Shown: positions 1-8,440, counted from the first letter of the stretch. The stretch is DNA of 18,023 nucleotides from Abditibacteriaceae bacterium (GCA_031425655.1 JANPJS010000137.1:1-18023), one strand, 5' to 3'. Notes: generated from the letters alone by a model not told the origin. Numbers and translations: made by a program.

Positions 1-2550
1 AACGCGCGTTGGATTGGAGCCGTCGGCGTTCATCACGAAAACGTCGAAGTCGCCGCCGTCGCGCGTCGAAGCAAAAGCGATTTTTGTCCCATCGAGGCTG
101 ATGACCGGCTGAAAATCGTGCGCCGGGTTGTTAGTGAGGCGTGTTTGATTGGAGCCATTGGCGTTCATTGCGTAGATTTCAAAATTGCCGTCGCGCTCGC
201 TGGCAAATGCGATTTTGCCTTCGCGCGAAGCCACGACGAGCGAAATGGTGGCGGTTGACGAAACTGCGCCCTGATCGTCGGTGACGCGATAGGTAAATGA
301 ATCCGGACCGATATAATTCGTGTTCGGCGTGTAGGTGAACTGGCCGGAAGAATTAATCGAAACCGTGCCGCGCGTTGGCGGCGAAACGACGGTGTAAGTG
401 AGCGTGCCGCGCACATCGTCGCTGACCGGAAGAAGCGCGGTGAGGGCGACATTGCGATCTACGTTGAAACTGGCGCTGTTCGCCGTCGGCGCGATGTTGG
501 GCGCCCAAAAAGGCCGCGCACTTTCGCTGAGAACGGTGAGAGGCGTTTGGTTGGCGCCGGCGGCGCTCATCACATAAATTTCGCTTTGCCCGTCGCGGTT
601 GGAGGTGAACGCGATTTTGCTGCTGTCCGGGCTAAAACGGGGCACCGTATCCTGCGCGGCGTTGGTGGTTAGCTGCGTGGGGTTGGCGCCATTGGCATCC
701 AAAAGATAAATGTCGCGGTTGCCAACGAAGCGGGAAATCACGATTTTGGCGCCATCGGGCCGATAATTTCCCGGCGAATCACCCGAATTGGTCGTGGTCA
801 GGCGGGTGGGACTGCTGCCGCTGGCGTTCATTACCCACAGGTCGGACGAGCCGCCCCGGTCAGAAAGAAACGCGATCCGGCTTCCGTCCGGGCTAAAAGT
901 CGGCATGGAATCGGATTCCAACGCGCCGTTGTTGGTCAGGCGCGTGGTGCCGGTGCCGTTGGTGTTGATGGTATAAATCTCGATGCTGGGGTCGCGGCTC
1001 GAAGAAAACGCGATTTTGCTTCCGTCGGGACTAAACGACCAGGGAACGTCGCTGCCGACGCTGAAGGTGAGACGAGCCTGACTGGAGCCGTCGGCGTTCA
1101 TGATATAAAGTTCCTGATCGCCGTCGCGGTCGGAGGCGAAGACGATTTTGCTCCCATCCGGGCTGACAATCGGAAAATAATCGGTTGCCGCATTGTTGGT
1201 CAGGCGCGTCGGATTAGAGCCATTGCCGTTCATTGCGTAGATTTCGCGGTTGCCGTCGCGCTCGGAATCAAAAACGATTTTGCCGCCCTTTGAACCGAGC
1301 GTGTCGTCGTTCAAAATCGTGCCGGTCACTTGCGAAGTGACCACCGTCGTTGTCGAACTGCCGGTCAGGGCCACGAAAAAGGTTTCGTTGGCTTCAATGA
1401 TGGTGTCGCCCAAAACGCTGACGGTAAAAGTCGCGCTCGTCGCTCCGGTGGGAATCGTGACGGAGCCGGATTTGGTCACATAGTCGCTGCCCGACTGCGC
1501 CAAGCCGTTGGCAGTTTGCAAACCGAAGAAAACGGGAAAGGTGCGCGCCGCCGGAATGGTGGCGTTAAAAGTCATCGTGGTGGTTCCGCTGTTGCCTTCG
1601 TTGGCCGAAACGCTTGTCACCGTGACGGGCGATTTCGGCGGCGGCGGTGCCCAAGACGCATTGCTGTCGGTGCCAGCGGTATTGGTGAGTCGCGTTTGGT
1701 TCGTGCCATCGGCGTTCATCAGGTAAACCTGTGAGGCACCCAGAGTGACGCGGTCGCTATCGAATACGATTTTGCTGCCGTCGAAGTTGAACGACGGCGC
1801 GGTATCGAAACCGGCGTTATTGGTGAGTTGCGTTTGGCCCGTGCCGTTGGCGTTCATTACATAGATTTCGTTGTTGCCGTCGCGGTCGGATATGAAGACG
1901 ATAAACGCGCCGGAGGGGCTAAAAGACGGCACCTTGTCCGACTGGGTGCCGGTCGTGAGCTGCACGACGTTGGTGCCGGTGACGCTCATGCTCCAAATGC
2001 TGAAATTGCTGTCGGCGCGATTGCGTCCCGAATGAAACACCAGTGTGCTGCCATTCGGGCTAAACGACGGAAAAAGGTCATCGGCGGCATTGTTGGTTAG
2101 CCGCGTTTGGTTCGCGCCATTGGCATCCATGATATAGATTTCCATGTTGCCGTCGCGGTTGGACGTAAAGGCGATTTTGCTGCCGTCCGGGCTAAAAACC
2201 GGATTGTATTCAACGGCATTCGCCGTGGTGGTAAGGCGCACGGTGTTCTGACCATCCGCGTCCATCACATAAATATCGGTGAGAAACTGCGAAGCACTGT
2301 CGCGGCTCGATTCAAAGGCGATCTTGCTGCCGTCCGGGCTGAAAAAAGGCTGTGCATCGTAATCGGTGTTGTTCGTCAGCCGCGTCACGCCGCTGCCGTC
2401 TTCGTTCATGGTATAGATGTCAGCCTTGAAAAAATCGAAGCCGTTATCTCGATCCGAGTTGAACGCGATTTTGCCAAGCTGCGCTTGCGCCGGGAAAGCG
2501 CATAACACCAGCAGGCCCAGCAGTGCCGATAAATAACGAAGTGATTTCAT
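1..2550 (-). CDS. Secreted multi-domain protein, 3'-truncated by the window edge (>850 aa): signal peptide, TolB-like (PD40) 6-blade propeller, Calx-beta, second 6-blade propeller, Big_9/tandem-95-like Ig domain, start of a third propeller
   Basis: Translated by hand. ATG at 2548-2550 with GGGAG RBS upstream; frame open to position 1. N-terminus MKSLRYLSALLGLLVLCAFPAQA|QLG. Repeats of the form FSPDGSKIAFxSxRDGNxEIYxMxANGxNQTRLTNN occur 6 times at ~2475-1650, 6 times at ~1290-505 and at least twice at ~222-1. Calx-beta: EGNSGTTTMTF...TANGLAQSGSDY...GDTIIEANETFFV...GTILNDD (~1625-1305). Ig-like: NIAPTANS...PPTRGTVSINSSGQFTYTPNTNYIGPDSFTYRVTDDQG (~500-235). Confidence 0.93.
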   Translation of the reverse strand, partial: MKSLRYLSALLGLLVLCAFPAQAQLGKIAFNSDRDNGFDFFKADIYTMNEDGSGVTRLTNNTDYDAQPFFSPDGSKIAFESSRDSASQFLTDIYVMDADGQNTVRLTTTANAVEYNPVFSPDGSKIAFTSNRDGNMEIYIMDANGANQTRLTNNAADDLFPSFSPNGSTLVFHSGRNRADSNFSIWSMSVTGTNVVQLTTGTQSDKVPSFSPSGAFIVFISDRDGNNEIYVMNANGTGQTQLTNNAGFDTAPSFNFDGSKIVFDSDRVTLGASQVYLMNADGTNQTRLTNTAGTDSNASWAPPPPKSPVTVTSVSANEGNSGTTTMTFNATIPAARTFPVFFGLQTANGLAQSGSDYVTKSGSVTIPTGATSATFTVSVLGDTIIEANETFFVALTGSSTTTVVTSQVTGTILNDDTLGSKGGKIVFDSERDGNREIYAMNGNGSNPTRLTNNAATDYFPIVSPDGSKIVFASDRDGDQELYIMNADGSSQARLTFSVGSDVPWSFSPDGSKIAFSSSRDPSIEIYTINTNGTGTTRLTNNGALESDSMPTFSPDGSRIAFLSDRGGSSDLWVMNASGSSPTRLTTTNSGDSPGNYRPDGAKIVISRFVGNRDIYLLDANGANPTQLTTNAAQDTVPRFSPDSSKIAFTSNRDGQSEIYVMSAAGANQTPLTVLSESARPFWAPNIAPTANSASFNVDRNVALTALLPVSDDVRGTLTYTVVSPPTRGTVSINSSGQFTYTPNTNYIGPDSFTYRVTDDQGAVSSTATISLVVASREGKIAFASERDGNFEIYAMNANGSNQTRLTNNPAHDFQPVISLDGTKIAFASTRDGGDFDVFVMNADGSNPTRV

Positions 2551-2687
2551 AAAGCTCCCATGCGCCGCCACACGACGCGCCCTCAAAACAGGCGGTTTTT
2601 TGCGACCTCGCCACAGAAGCCGCACAACGCAACGATTTGTCTAAACCCTTGCAAAAATTGTATGTGATAACGCAACACACCGAAGCG

Positions 2688-2880
2688 TCTAAGAGTCTGT
2701 GCTCGAATAAAGTTATTTGGGTAAAAACGGCCCAACGGCAAAAAATTAAGTGGCAAAAAATAAGGGCATCCATGGCATTTCGGATGAGAAATTCCACTTT
2801 TTCACCATTTTTTGTCACTCAATTTTTTGCCACTCAATGGCAACGGACTGAATAACTCTTTTTGAACACAGACTTTTAGA
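2688..2880. mobile_element. 193-bp non-coding fold-back element (MITE-like) with 30-bp imperfect terminal inverted repeats and a nested 25-bp inverted repeat
   Basis: 2688-2717 TCTAAGAGTCTGTGCTCGAATAAAGTTATT matches the reverse complement of 2851-2880 (TCTAAAAGTCTGTGTTCAAAAAGAGTTATT) at 25/30. Inner arms 2737-2761 and 2807-2831 match at 23/25. Both pairs are centred on 2784. Mobility is inferred, not shown. Confidence 0.6.
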
Positions 2881-2939
2881 AATGCTGTCGGTTCAGCGTG
2901 TTGCCGAGTTACGCGAATAAATCGGCGCACAAACAAAAG

Positions 2940-2985
2940 TGCGAAATTCGCATGAGATAGCCTTTCGAGCGAGAGTAATACTCTC
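2940..2985. promoter_or_regulatory. Two perfect odd palindromes, possible operator sites
   Basis: TGCGAA-A-TTCGCA (2940-2952) and GAGAGTA-A-TACTCTC (2971-2985) in the intergenic region upstream of the multi-propeller gene. The 1-nt spacers argue against RNA hairpins. Confidence 0.3.
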
Positions 2986-3065
2986 ACCAAAACGCATTGT
3001 AATGTCCTGATTGCACTCAAATAAAACGTAAGATGGTCGGCTTAAACGAACTTGCGGGCTTGCTT

Positions 3066-6000
3066 TTACTCGCTCGGCTCATCGTTCTCGAAAAGCAGTG
3101 CCGCTGCGTCGTCGTTGCGAATCGTGCCGACGCCCGTGCCATCGGCGATGAAAGCGTAAGCCACCTTGCTCAGAATCACTTTGTAAGTCTCGTGCGGCTC
3201 AACCGTGGTGTCGCCTTTGACTTGGATAGTGATGAGTTTGCTGGTTTCGCCGGGCGCGAACGTCAGCGTGCCTGAAGCCGCGACGTAGTCCGTTGTCGTC
3301 GCCGTGCCGTTAGCCGTCGCATAACCCACGGTGACGGTGTCAGTCGAAGCCGCCGAAAGCGTCACGGCGAAGGTTTGAGGCTTGTTTCCGCTGTTCCCTT
3401 CATCAACGGTGAGTGCGTTGGCGATGGTAATGCCCGGCCCGTCGTCGTTATTGATCTGGCCCACGCCGCGATTATCGAAAATGGTGGCGTTGGTTGGCGT
3501 TTTTAAATCGAAAAAGAAGGTTTCGTTGAGTTCAACCGTGCTGTCGCCGATGAAGCTGATCGTCACACGTTTGAGAGTTTGGCCGGGCGTAAAGGTGAGT
3601 TTGCCGCTTTTGGCCGTATAATCCACGCCCGCTGTCGCCGGATTATTGCTACCATTGACCGTCTGGTAATTGACGGTCACGGCTTCTGTGGCGGCACCGC
3701 TGAGCGTGATGTCGAAGGTCACGGAGCCGGGCGTAGCCGCACTACCTTCGGGCAGCGAACGCGGATTATTGACGGCAATTGCCGGAATGAATTGAAGTTC
3801 AAAAGCGCCGATGTCGGCGGCAGCGCCTTGAGGCCGCGCAATGCCGCGCTGGTCGGTGGTGAAACCGCCGAAAACATTGCCTTTATCAATCGCCGGGCTG
3901 CCGGGCAGCAAAGCTAAGGTGTCGGTCGGCCCGCCGTTGTTGGCCAGAGGGCCGAGATTAGGAGCTTGGTTGAAGATGGTGTTTGCGATGGGGCCGCTGA
4001 GCGTAGCATAGGCACCCTGAGGCGTCTGGATCAGGTTGTAATCTTGCGAAACATAAGGGCCTGACAAGTCGGTGCCGTTGGTTGCCGTATTGCCCGCGAT
4101 GATGCTGTTCGCCAAATAAACGGTGCTGACGCCATAGTTGTTCAGCCCACCGCCGTAGCCGTTGGCCGTATCGGTGGCGCTGTTGCCAACGACGGTGCAA
4201 TTCTGAAGCAAAACGCTGCCCGGCGCGGCGTTGGTGCCCGACGATGTGATCGCTCCGCTCGAAAAGGCTCGGTTATCCCAAAAAGTGCTGTTGCTCAGAG
4301 TGGCGTTGCCCGTATTGCGAATGGCGCCGCCGTTCCCGGTTGAGCGATTGCCCGCGAAGGTGCAGTTGGTCACGGTCAGCAAGTTCGCGTTGGCTAAACC
4401 GCCGCCGGAACCGCCGGAATTATTCAGCACGGCACAGTTGATCAAAGTGAGATTGCCGGCATTATAAACACCGCCGCCGCTGGCGATGGCGGCGCTCAGA
4501 CTATAGCCGTTGGCGATGGTCAAGCCGGAAATCGTGGCCGTCGCGCCCGCCGCGACCTCGAAGATGCGACTGACATTGTTGCCGCTGATCGTCAGCACGC
4601 GCGCTCCCGGCCCTTGAATCGTGACCGGGTTGGAAAGACTGATGCCCGAAGTTTGCAACGCCGTCGTGATGATGCCGCTCAGTCCGGCTTTGAAGGTGAC
4701 GATGCTCTCGTCGTCCACTTCGTTCGCGGCGTCCGTGGCGTCCCACAGCGAGCAATCGCCCATCGTGCAGTTGCCGTCGCGGTGTTCATTGGTGGTATTA
4801 ACCTCGAAGTTGGGGCCGCTTTGCGCCGCGTCGAGTTCGTAAGCGCCGATGTCAACGTGACTGAAGACTTTTCGCGCGTAAAACGGGCCGCGCTGGTCGG
4901 TATTCAAATTAAGCGGTGCGCCCAGCACGCTGTCGTCTCCGGCATCAAGAGCCGGGCTGCCCGGCAGCAATTCGTGTGTTTGCGTCGGGCCGCCGTTGAA
5001 AGTTAGTGGGCCAAGCAGCGGATTGGTGTTAATGAGGTCGCCGGGGCCGGTGAGAAAGCCGCCGCCGTCGTCGTTGCTCAGATTGTGGCCGCTCGAAGTG
5101 ACGGTGCCGCTGCTTTCCAGATTGGCGCCGGAAGTGCCGGTTTGAAAAAGAGTGTTAAGCAGCGTGAGAGTGCTGATATTTTGGATGCCGCCTGCAAAAG
5201 CGGCGTAGTTGCCGCTGAGCGTGCAGTTGGTCAGTGTGGCGCTTTCGCCGTCGTTATAGAGGCCGCCGCCGCTCGCCGGGCCACCGTTGTTGCCGCTGAG
5301 CGTGCTGTTAGTCATCGTCAGCGTGCCGGCGTTGTAGAGCGCGCCGCCGTTACTGGAGCTATTCGCGGAAAAAGTGCTGTTGCGCACGTTGAGCGGGCCA
5401 TAATTGACGATGGCGCCGCCGCTGTTGACCGCGACATTGTTGGTAAAGATGCAGGAATTGACATTGATCGCGGCATTGCCGGCGAAGCTAAAAATGGCGC
5501 CGCCGGAACGAATCGCGTTGGAGCCGGAAACGGAATTACTGCTGACGATGCATTCGTTCAGCGTCACGGTGCCGTTCTCGATGCCGCTGCCATAGTTGAA
5601 TAAGCCGCCGCCATAAGCGACGGGATTGATTTGAGTCGTGGAAGTGGCCGTCGCGCTGTTGCCGGTGATGGTGCAGTTGTTGAGCGTCATCATGGCTCTG
5701 GCCTCGTTGTAGAGGCCGCCACCGCGCGAATCCATGGCGGATGTGACCGAATTGTTGCTGATCGTGCAGTTATTAAGGATAGCGATGGCAAAACTGCCGG
5801 AATTGTAGATGCCGCCGCCGCTGGCCGTCGCCCTGTTATTGCGAATGACGCAATTGTTCAGCGTCAACTTGCCGTTGGAATTGCTGATGCCTCCGCCGTT
5901 TGCAGACAGACCATTGGCCACCGTGACGCCCGAAAGCGTCAGATCGGCGACGGCGCTCAGCACGGTATTGGTGTTGTTGCCGTTGATAATCAAATTATTC

Positions 6001-6260
6001 GCGCCCGGCCCGTTGATCGTCACCGCATTGTTGACGGGCAGCCCGTTGGTGAGCGTAATGGTGCCAACCACGGAAAAGCTGATGCTGTCGCCGGAAGCCG
6101 AAGCCGCCAAAGCTTCGCGCAGCGTGCAATCCCCGATGCTGCACACGCCGTCGTTATGATCGGTCAGATTGTTGACGGTGCGCGTGGCGGCCTTCGCGCA
6201 CGGCGCCAGACACAGCAGGCAGAGCATAATCAGGCCCAGATTCAGCAAAATTCTTTTCAT
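3066..6260 (-). CDS. Secreted CSLREA-domain / choice-of-anchor Q beta-helix (polymorphic-membrane-protein-like repeats) surface protein with two C-terminal Calx-beta domains, 1064 aa
   Basis: Start moved from 6269 to ATG 6260 because GAGGTG lies just upstream. Signal peptide MKRILLNLGLIMLCLLCLAPCAKA|A. DGVCSIGDCTLREA motif; many GGGIYN/GGAIxN repeats. Two choice-of-anchor-Q ends (LGPLxxNGGPTxTxxLLPGSPAxDxG...TDQRG...DIGAxE). Two Calx-beta repeats (EG...VTLS.A....VTV.Y.T.NG.A...DY...SG.LTF.PG.T.K..TI...GD.TVE..ET....I.NDD). Confidence 0.93.
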   Translation of the reverse strand: MKRILLNLGLIMLCLLCLAPCAKAATRTVNNLTDHNDGVCSIGDCTLREALAASASGDSISFSVVGTITLTNGLPVNNAVTINGPGANNLIINGNNTNTVLSAVADLTLSGVTVANGLSANGGGISNSNGKLTLNNCVIRNNRATASGGGIYNSGSFAIAILNNCTISNNSVTSAMDSRGGGLYNEARAMMTLNNCTITGNSATATSTTQINPVAYGGGLFNYGSGIENGTVTLNECIVSSNSVSGSNAIRSGGAIFSFAGNAAINVNSCIFTNNVAVNSGGAIVNYGPLNVRNSTFSANSSSNGGALYNAGTLTMTNSTLSGNNGGPASGGGLYNDGESATLTNCTLSGNYAAFAGGIQNISTLTLLNTLFQTGTSGANLESSGTVTSSGHNLSNDDGGGFLTGPGDLINTNPLLGPLTFNGGPTQTHELLPGSPALDAGDDSVLGAPLNLNTDQRGPFYARKVFSHVDIGAYELDAAQSGPNFEVNTTNEHRDGNCTMGDCSLWDATDAANEVDDESIVTFKAGLSGIITTALQTSGISLSNPVTIQGPGARVLTISGNNVSRIFEVAAGATATISGLTIANGYSLSAAIASGGGVYNAGNLTLINCAVLNNSGGSGGGLANANLLTVTNCTFAGNRSTGNGGAIRNTGNATLSNSTFWDNRAFSSGAITSSGTNAAPGSVLLQNCTVVGNSATDTANGYGGGLNNYGVSTVYLANSIIAGNTATNGTDLSGPYVSQDYNLIQTPQGAYATLSGPIANTIFNQAPNLGPLANNGGPTDTLALLPGSPAIDKGNVFGGFTTDQRGIARPQGAAADIGAFELQFIPAIAVNNPRSLPEGSAATPGSVTFDITLSGAATEAVTVNYQTVNGSNNPATAGVDYTAKSGKLTFTPGQTLKRVTISFIGDSTVELNETFFFDLKTPTNATIFDNRGVGQINNDDGPGITIANALTVDEGNSGNKPQTFAVTLSAASTDTVTVGYATANGTATTTDYVAASGTLTFAPGETSKLITIQVKGDTTVEPHETYKVILSKVAYAFIADGTGVGTIRNDDAAALLFENDEPSE

Positions 6261-6293
6261 AACAAACACCTCGAAACAGGCAACAGTAACTTA

Positions 6294-6324
6294 ATTGTAA
6301 CACCGGCACACCCTTCTTTTTCAA
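6294..6324 (-). promoter_or_regulatory. Candidate sigma70-type promoter for the CSLREA gene
   Basis: Minus strand: TTGAAA (6324-6319), 19-nt spacer, TACAAT (6299-6294) preceded by TG-n (extended -10). It lies between the terminator and the RBS. The spacer is longer than ideal. Confidence 0.4.
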
Positions 6325-6326
6325 AC

Positions 6327-6360
6327 AAAACAGCGGCGAGTTTTCACTCGCCGCTGTTTT
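6327..6360 (-). terminator. Intrinsic terminator, possibly bidirectional
   Basis: Perfect 15-bp inverted repeat AAAACAGCGGCGAGT / ACTCGCCGCTGTTTT. On the minus strand the loop is GAAA and the stem ends in TTTTGTTT. Confidence 0.8.
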
Positions 6361-6608
6361 ATATGTTAAGCGCCGGACACGTCCCACGCGAATATCAGCC
6401 ATATTCAAGATTGTTACGAAAAGTTGGCATGGGCGGTTGGTGGCTTTTTATTGAAGAGCGAGTTCCCCGCAGTAATCCGTATGTAATGCAATATTACAAA
6501 TATTTCGAGGAATATGTCCCTCCGAAATTGACCGACACCGCCAGAACAAGGCGATGAACCTGACCTTCTACAGATTCGCACGTTCTTCGCTTCGGCTTTC
6601 GGCGACAA

Positions 6609-6638
6609 ATGAGAGTCGCTTTGATGAGAGTAGCTTTT
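6609..6638. repeat. 15-bp tandem direct repeat, 2 copies
   Basis: ATGAGAGTCGCTTTG / ATGAGAGTAGCTTTT (13/15 identical), just past the stop of the zinc-ribbon gene. Confidence 0.55.
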
Positions 6639-6646
6639 TGGCAACG

Positions 6647-7246
6647 TCAACGTGCCGGTGTGCCGGAGTAATTCGGAGGCGGCAAGGCGGGTTTGGCCGG
6701 CGCTTTTTTGGCGGGCGCCTTTTGCGTGACGGTTGTCGCCGATTGCAGTGGAAACTTGCCGGTTTGAAGATAATTCACCAAAATCGAAGTCCAGACCACG
6801 CCGAGCAGAAAACCCGTCGTAATCAGCGCGCCGACCATCAACGTGAGGCGCAAATCGGCGGTTGTGAAGCTTTTCATGTGGCGGCAGCGCGGACAGACAT
6901 CCTGCGCGCGGCTCAGGGCCATGCCGCACGACGGGCAATAATGATCGGGCCGCGTCATCGGCGACAGCGGCGTGAAATCAATATCGGGCGCGTTGGCATA
7001 AGCAGTCGCACCGACAGCAGAGGCGCCGGTCGCCGAGTTCCAGTAGCCGGCCTGCGCGGCTTGCGTGCGCGGCGTGGCGGCGGCCATCGCGCTGTTGGGC
7101 GGAAGCGTATAAGTGCCGCTGCCCGGTTTGGGCGCACGCGGCGTGGCAGTCCAGGGCAATCGCGCGCCGCAGCTATTACAAACGATGCCTGAAAACGGAT
7201 TGTATTCACCGCATTTGCATTTTCCAAAAGTTTCAATCGTAGTCAT
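6647..7246 (-). CDS. Double zinc-ribbon, single-pass membrane protein, 199 aa, function unknown
   Basis: Likely start is ATG 7246 (MTTIETFGK), not 7336. Cys clusters CKC..CNSCGARLPW and CPSCG..CPRC are separated by a Pro/Ala/Thr linker. One hydrophobic helix (LTLMVGALITTGFLLGVVWTSILV) and a KAPAKKAPAKPALPPP tail. Confidence 0.75.
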   Translation of the reverse strand: MTTIETFGKCKCGEYNPFSGIVCNSCGARLPWTATPRAPKPGSGTYTLPPNSAMAAATPRTQAAQAGYWNSATGASAVGATAYANAPDIDFTPLSPMTRPDHYCPSCGMALSRAQDVCPRCRHMKSFTTADLRLTLMVGALITTGFLLGVVWTSILVNYLQTGKFPLQSATTVTQKAPAKKAPAKPALPPPNYSGTPAR

Positions 7247-7400
7247 TTTAGGTCTCGCTTTGTTTTGCAGTATTGCCAATATACCCGTTCTCACGCAGCT
7301 TAAAGCAGGACGCATCCGGCGACTGTTGCGCTGCAAACTTCCTTGTCCGATATTCGATATTTTCTTAATCTGTTCTCAGCACCTTTCAAGGAGAAACAAC

Positions 7401-8264
7401 ATGACATGGTTACTGAGCGCCTTCACCGACGAAGCCGGAGATTCGTGTGAGGCGCAAATCGAAGCCGCCAAAAAGAATAATTTGCCGCGCCTCGACTTGC
7501 GCGGCATGGACGGGCATAACTGCACCGCGATGCCCGTCGAACACGCGCGCGGCGTCGCGGAAAAACTCAAAGCCGCCGGGTTGGAAGTGGGAATGTTCGG
7601 CTCGCCGATTGGCAAAATTGACATCGCCGACGATGTGCGCGGCGACGTGCGAAAATTGGAACATTTGGCTGAACTGGCGCCGATTCTTGGTTGTCGCGCG
7701 GTGCGGATTTTCAGCTATTACAACAAGGAAAACCGTTCGCACGATTTCTGGCAGCTTGAATCACTCAGCCGTCTGGGGCTTCTCAAAGACCGCGCCCGCG
7801 AACTGGGCATGATGCTTTATCACGAAAACGAGCGCCATATTTACGGCGATTTATGCGCTGATGTGCTCGAAATCGCCCGTCTGCGTAACAAAGACACGTT
7901 TCGCTTGATTTTCGATTTCGATAATTACAATCAGAGCGGCGAAGACGTGTGGGACAACTGGACGAAACTACGCGACGCAACCGACGCCATTCACCTCAAA
8001 GACAGCACCGAAACCAACGAACACGTTCCGGCAGGGCAGGGCAATGGCCGTGTGCGCGAGATTTTAGCCGACGCCATCGCGCGCGGCTGGAGCGGCCCGG
8101 TTATCGTCGAGCCGCACTTGTCGCATTCGGGCGCCGTCGCCGCGACAGGGCCAAGCGGCGCCGCGAATCAGGCTTTCAGCGCCATGGCGCCGCACGAAAG
8201 CTTTCAAGTCGCAATGGACGCCGCGCACAAGTTGCTCAAAGAAGTCGGCGCTGAAGTGAGTTAA
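7401..8264 (+). CDS. Sugar phosphate isomerase/epimerase family protein (xylose-isomerase-like TIM barrel, AP_endonuc_2), 287 aa
   Basis: True start is ATG 7401, after AAGGAG at 7388-7393 (the ORF track over-extends to 7113). Motifs LSAFTDE, GSPIGK and VRIFSYY; metal ligands in HENE, FDFDN, IHLKD and VEPHL. Confidence 0.9.
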   Translation: MTWLLSAFTDEAGDSCEAQIEAAKKNNLPRLDLRGMDGHNCTAMPVEHARGVAEKLKAAGLEVGMFGSPIGKIDIADDVRGDVRKLEHLAELAPILGCRAVRIFSYYNKENRSHDFWQLESLSRLGLLKDRARELGMMLYHENERHIYGDLCADVLEIARLRNKDTFRLIFDFDNYNQSGEDVWDNWTKLRDATDAIHLKDSTETNEHVPAGQGNGRVREILADAIARGWSGPVIVEPHLSHSGAVAATGPSGAANQAFSAMAPHESFQVAMDAAHKLLKEVGAEVS

Positions 8265-8440
8265 GCTGCGCCAGACGCCGCAAGACTTTATTTTGTGGCG
8301 TCCGATACGTTTCTCAATCGTCCTCGCGACGCAACGACTTGGTTTGGCCATTTTCATGCTGAAGGGCAAAGATTATTTTTTGCGCCTTGCCGTATCACAG
8401 CAGGGTGAAGCCAATTCAGGTCAATGCTTGCGAGGTTACG

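Noticed and set aside
165..2505. Short ORFs on both strands (e.g. 1330-1734, 2107-2505, 165-452)
   Set aside because: They are antisense or off-frame shadows of the real 1-2550 minus-strand gene.
2444..3020. ORFs 2444-2818, 2637-2855 and 2802-3020
   Set aside because: They run through the palindromic element and AT-rich intergenic DNA, with no recognisable motifs or RBS.
5631..7192. ORFs 5631-6557 (+), 6154-6408 (-), 6414-6938 (-) and 6554-7192 (+)
   Set aside because: They overlap better-supported genes or cross the terminator and have shadow-like composition. A 42-aa MGGWW... plus-strand tail has no RBS or family support.
7113..7400. N-terminal extension of the TIM-barrel ORF
   Set aside because: It overlaps the divergent zinc-ribbon gene; the strong AAGGAG RBS and family start motif place the start at 7401.
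8345..8360. Sigma54-like TGGCCATTTTCATGCT upstream of the beta-helix gene
   Set aside because: GG-N10-GC spacing is right, but three consensus positions mismatch and no activator gene is in the window.
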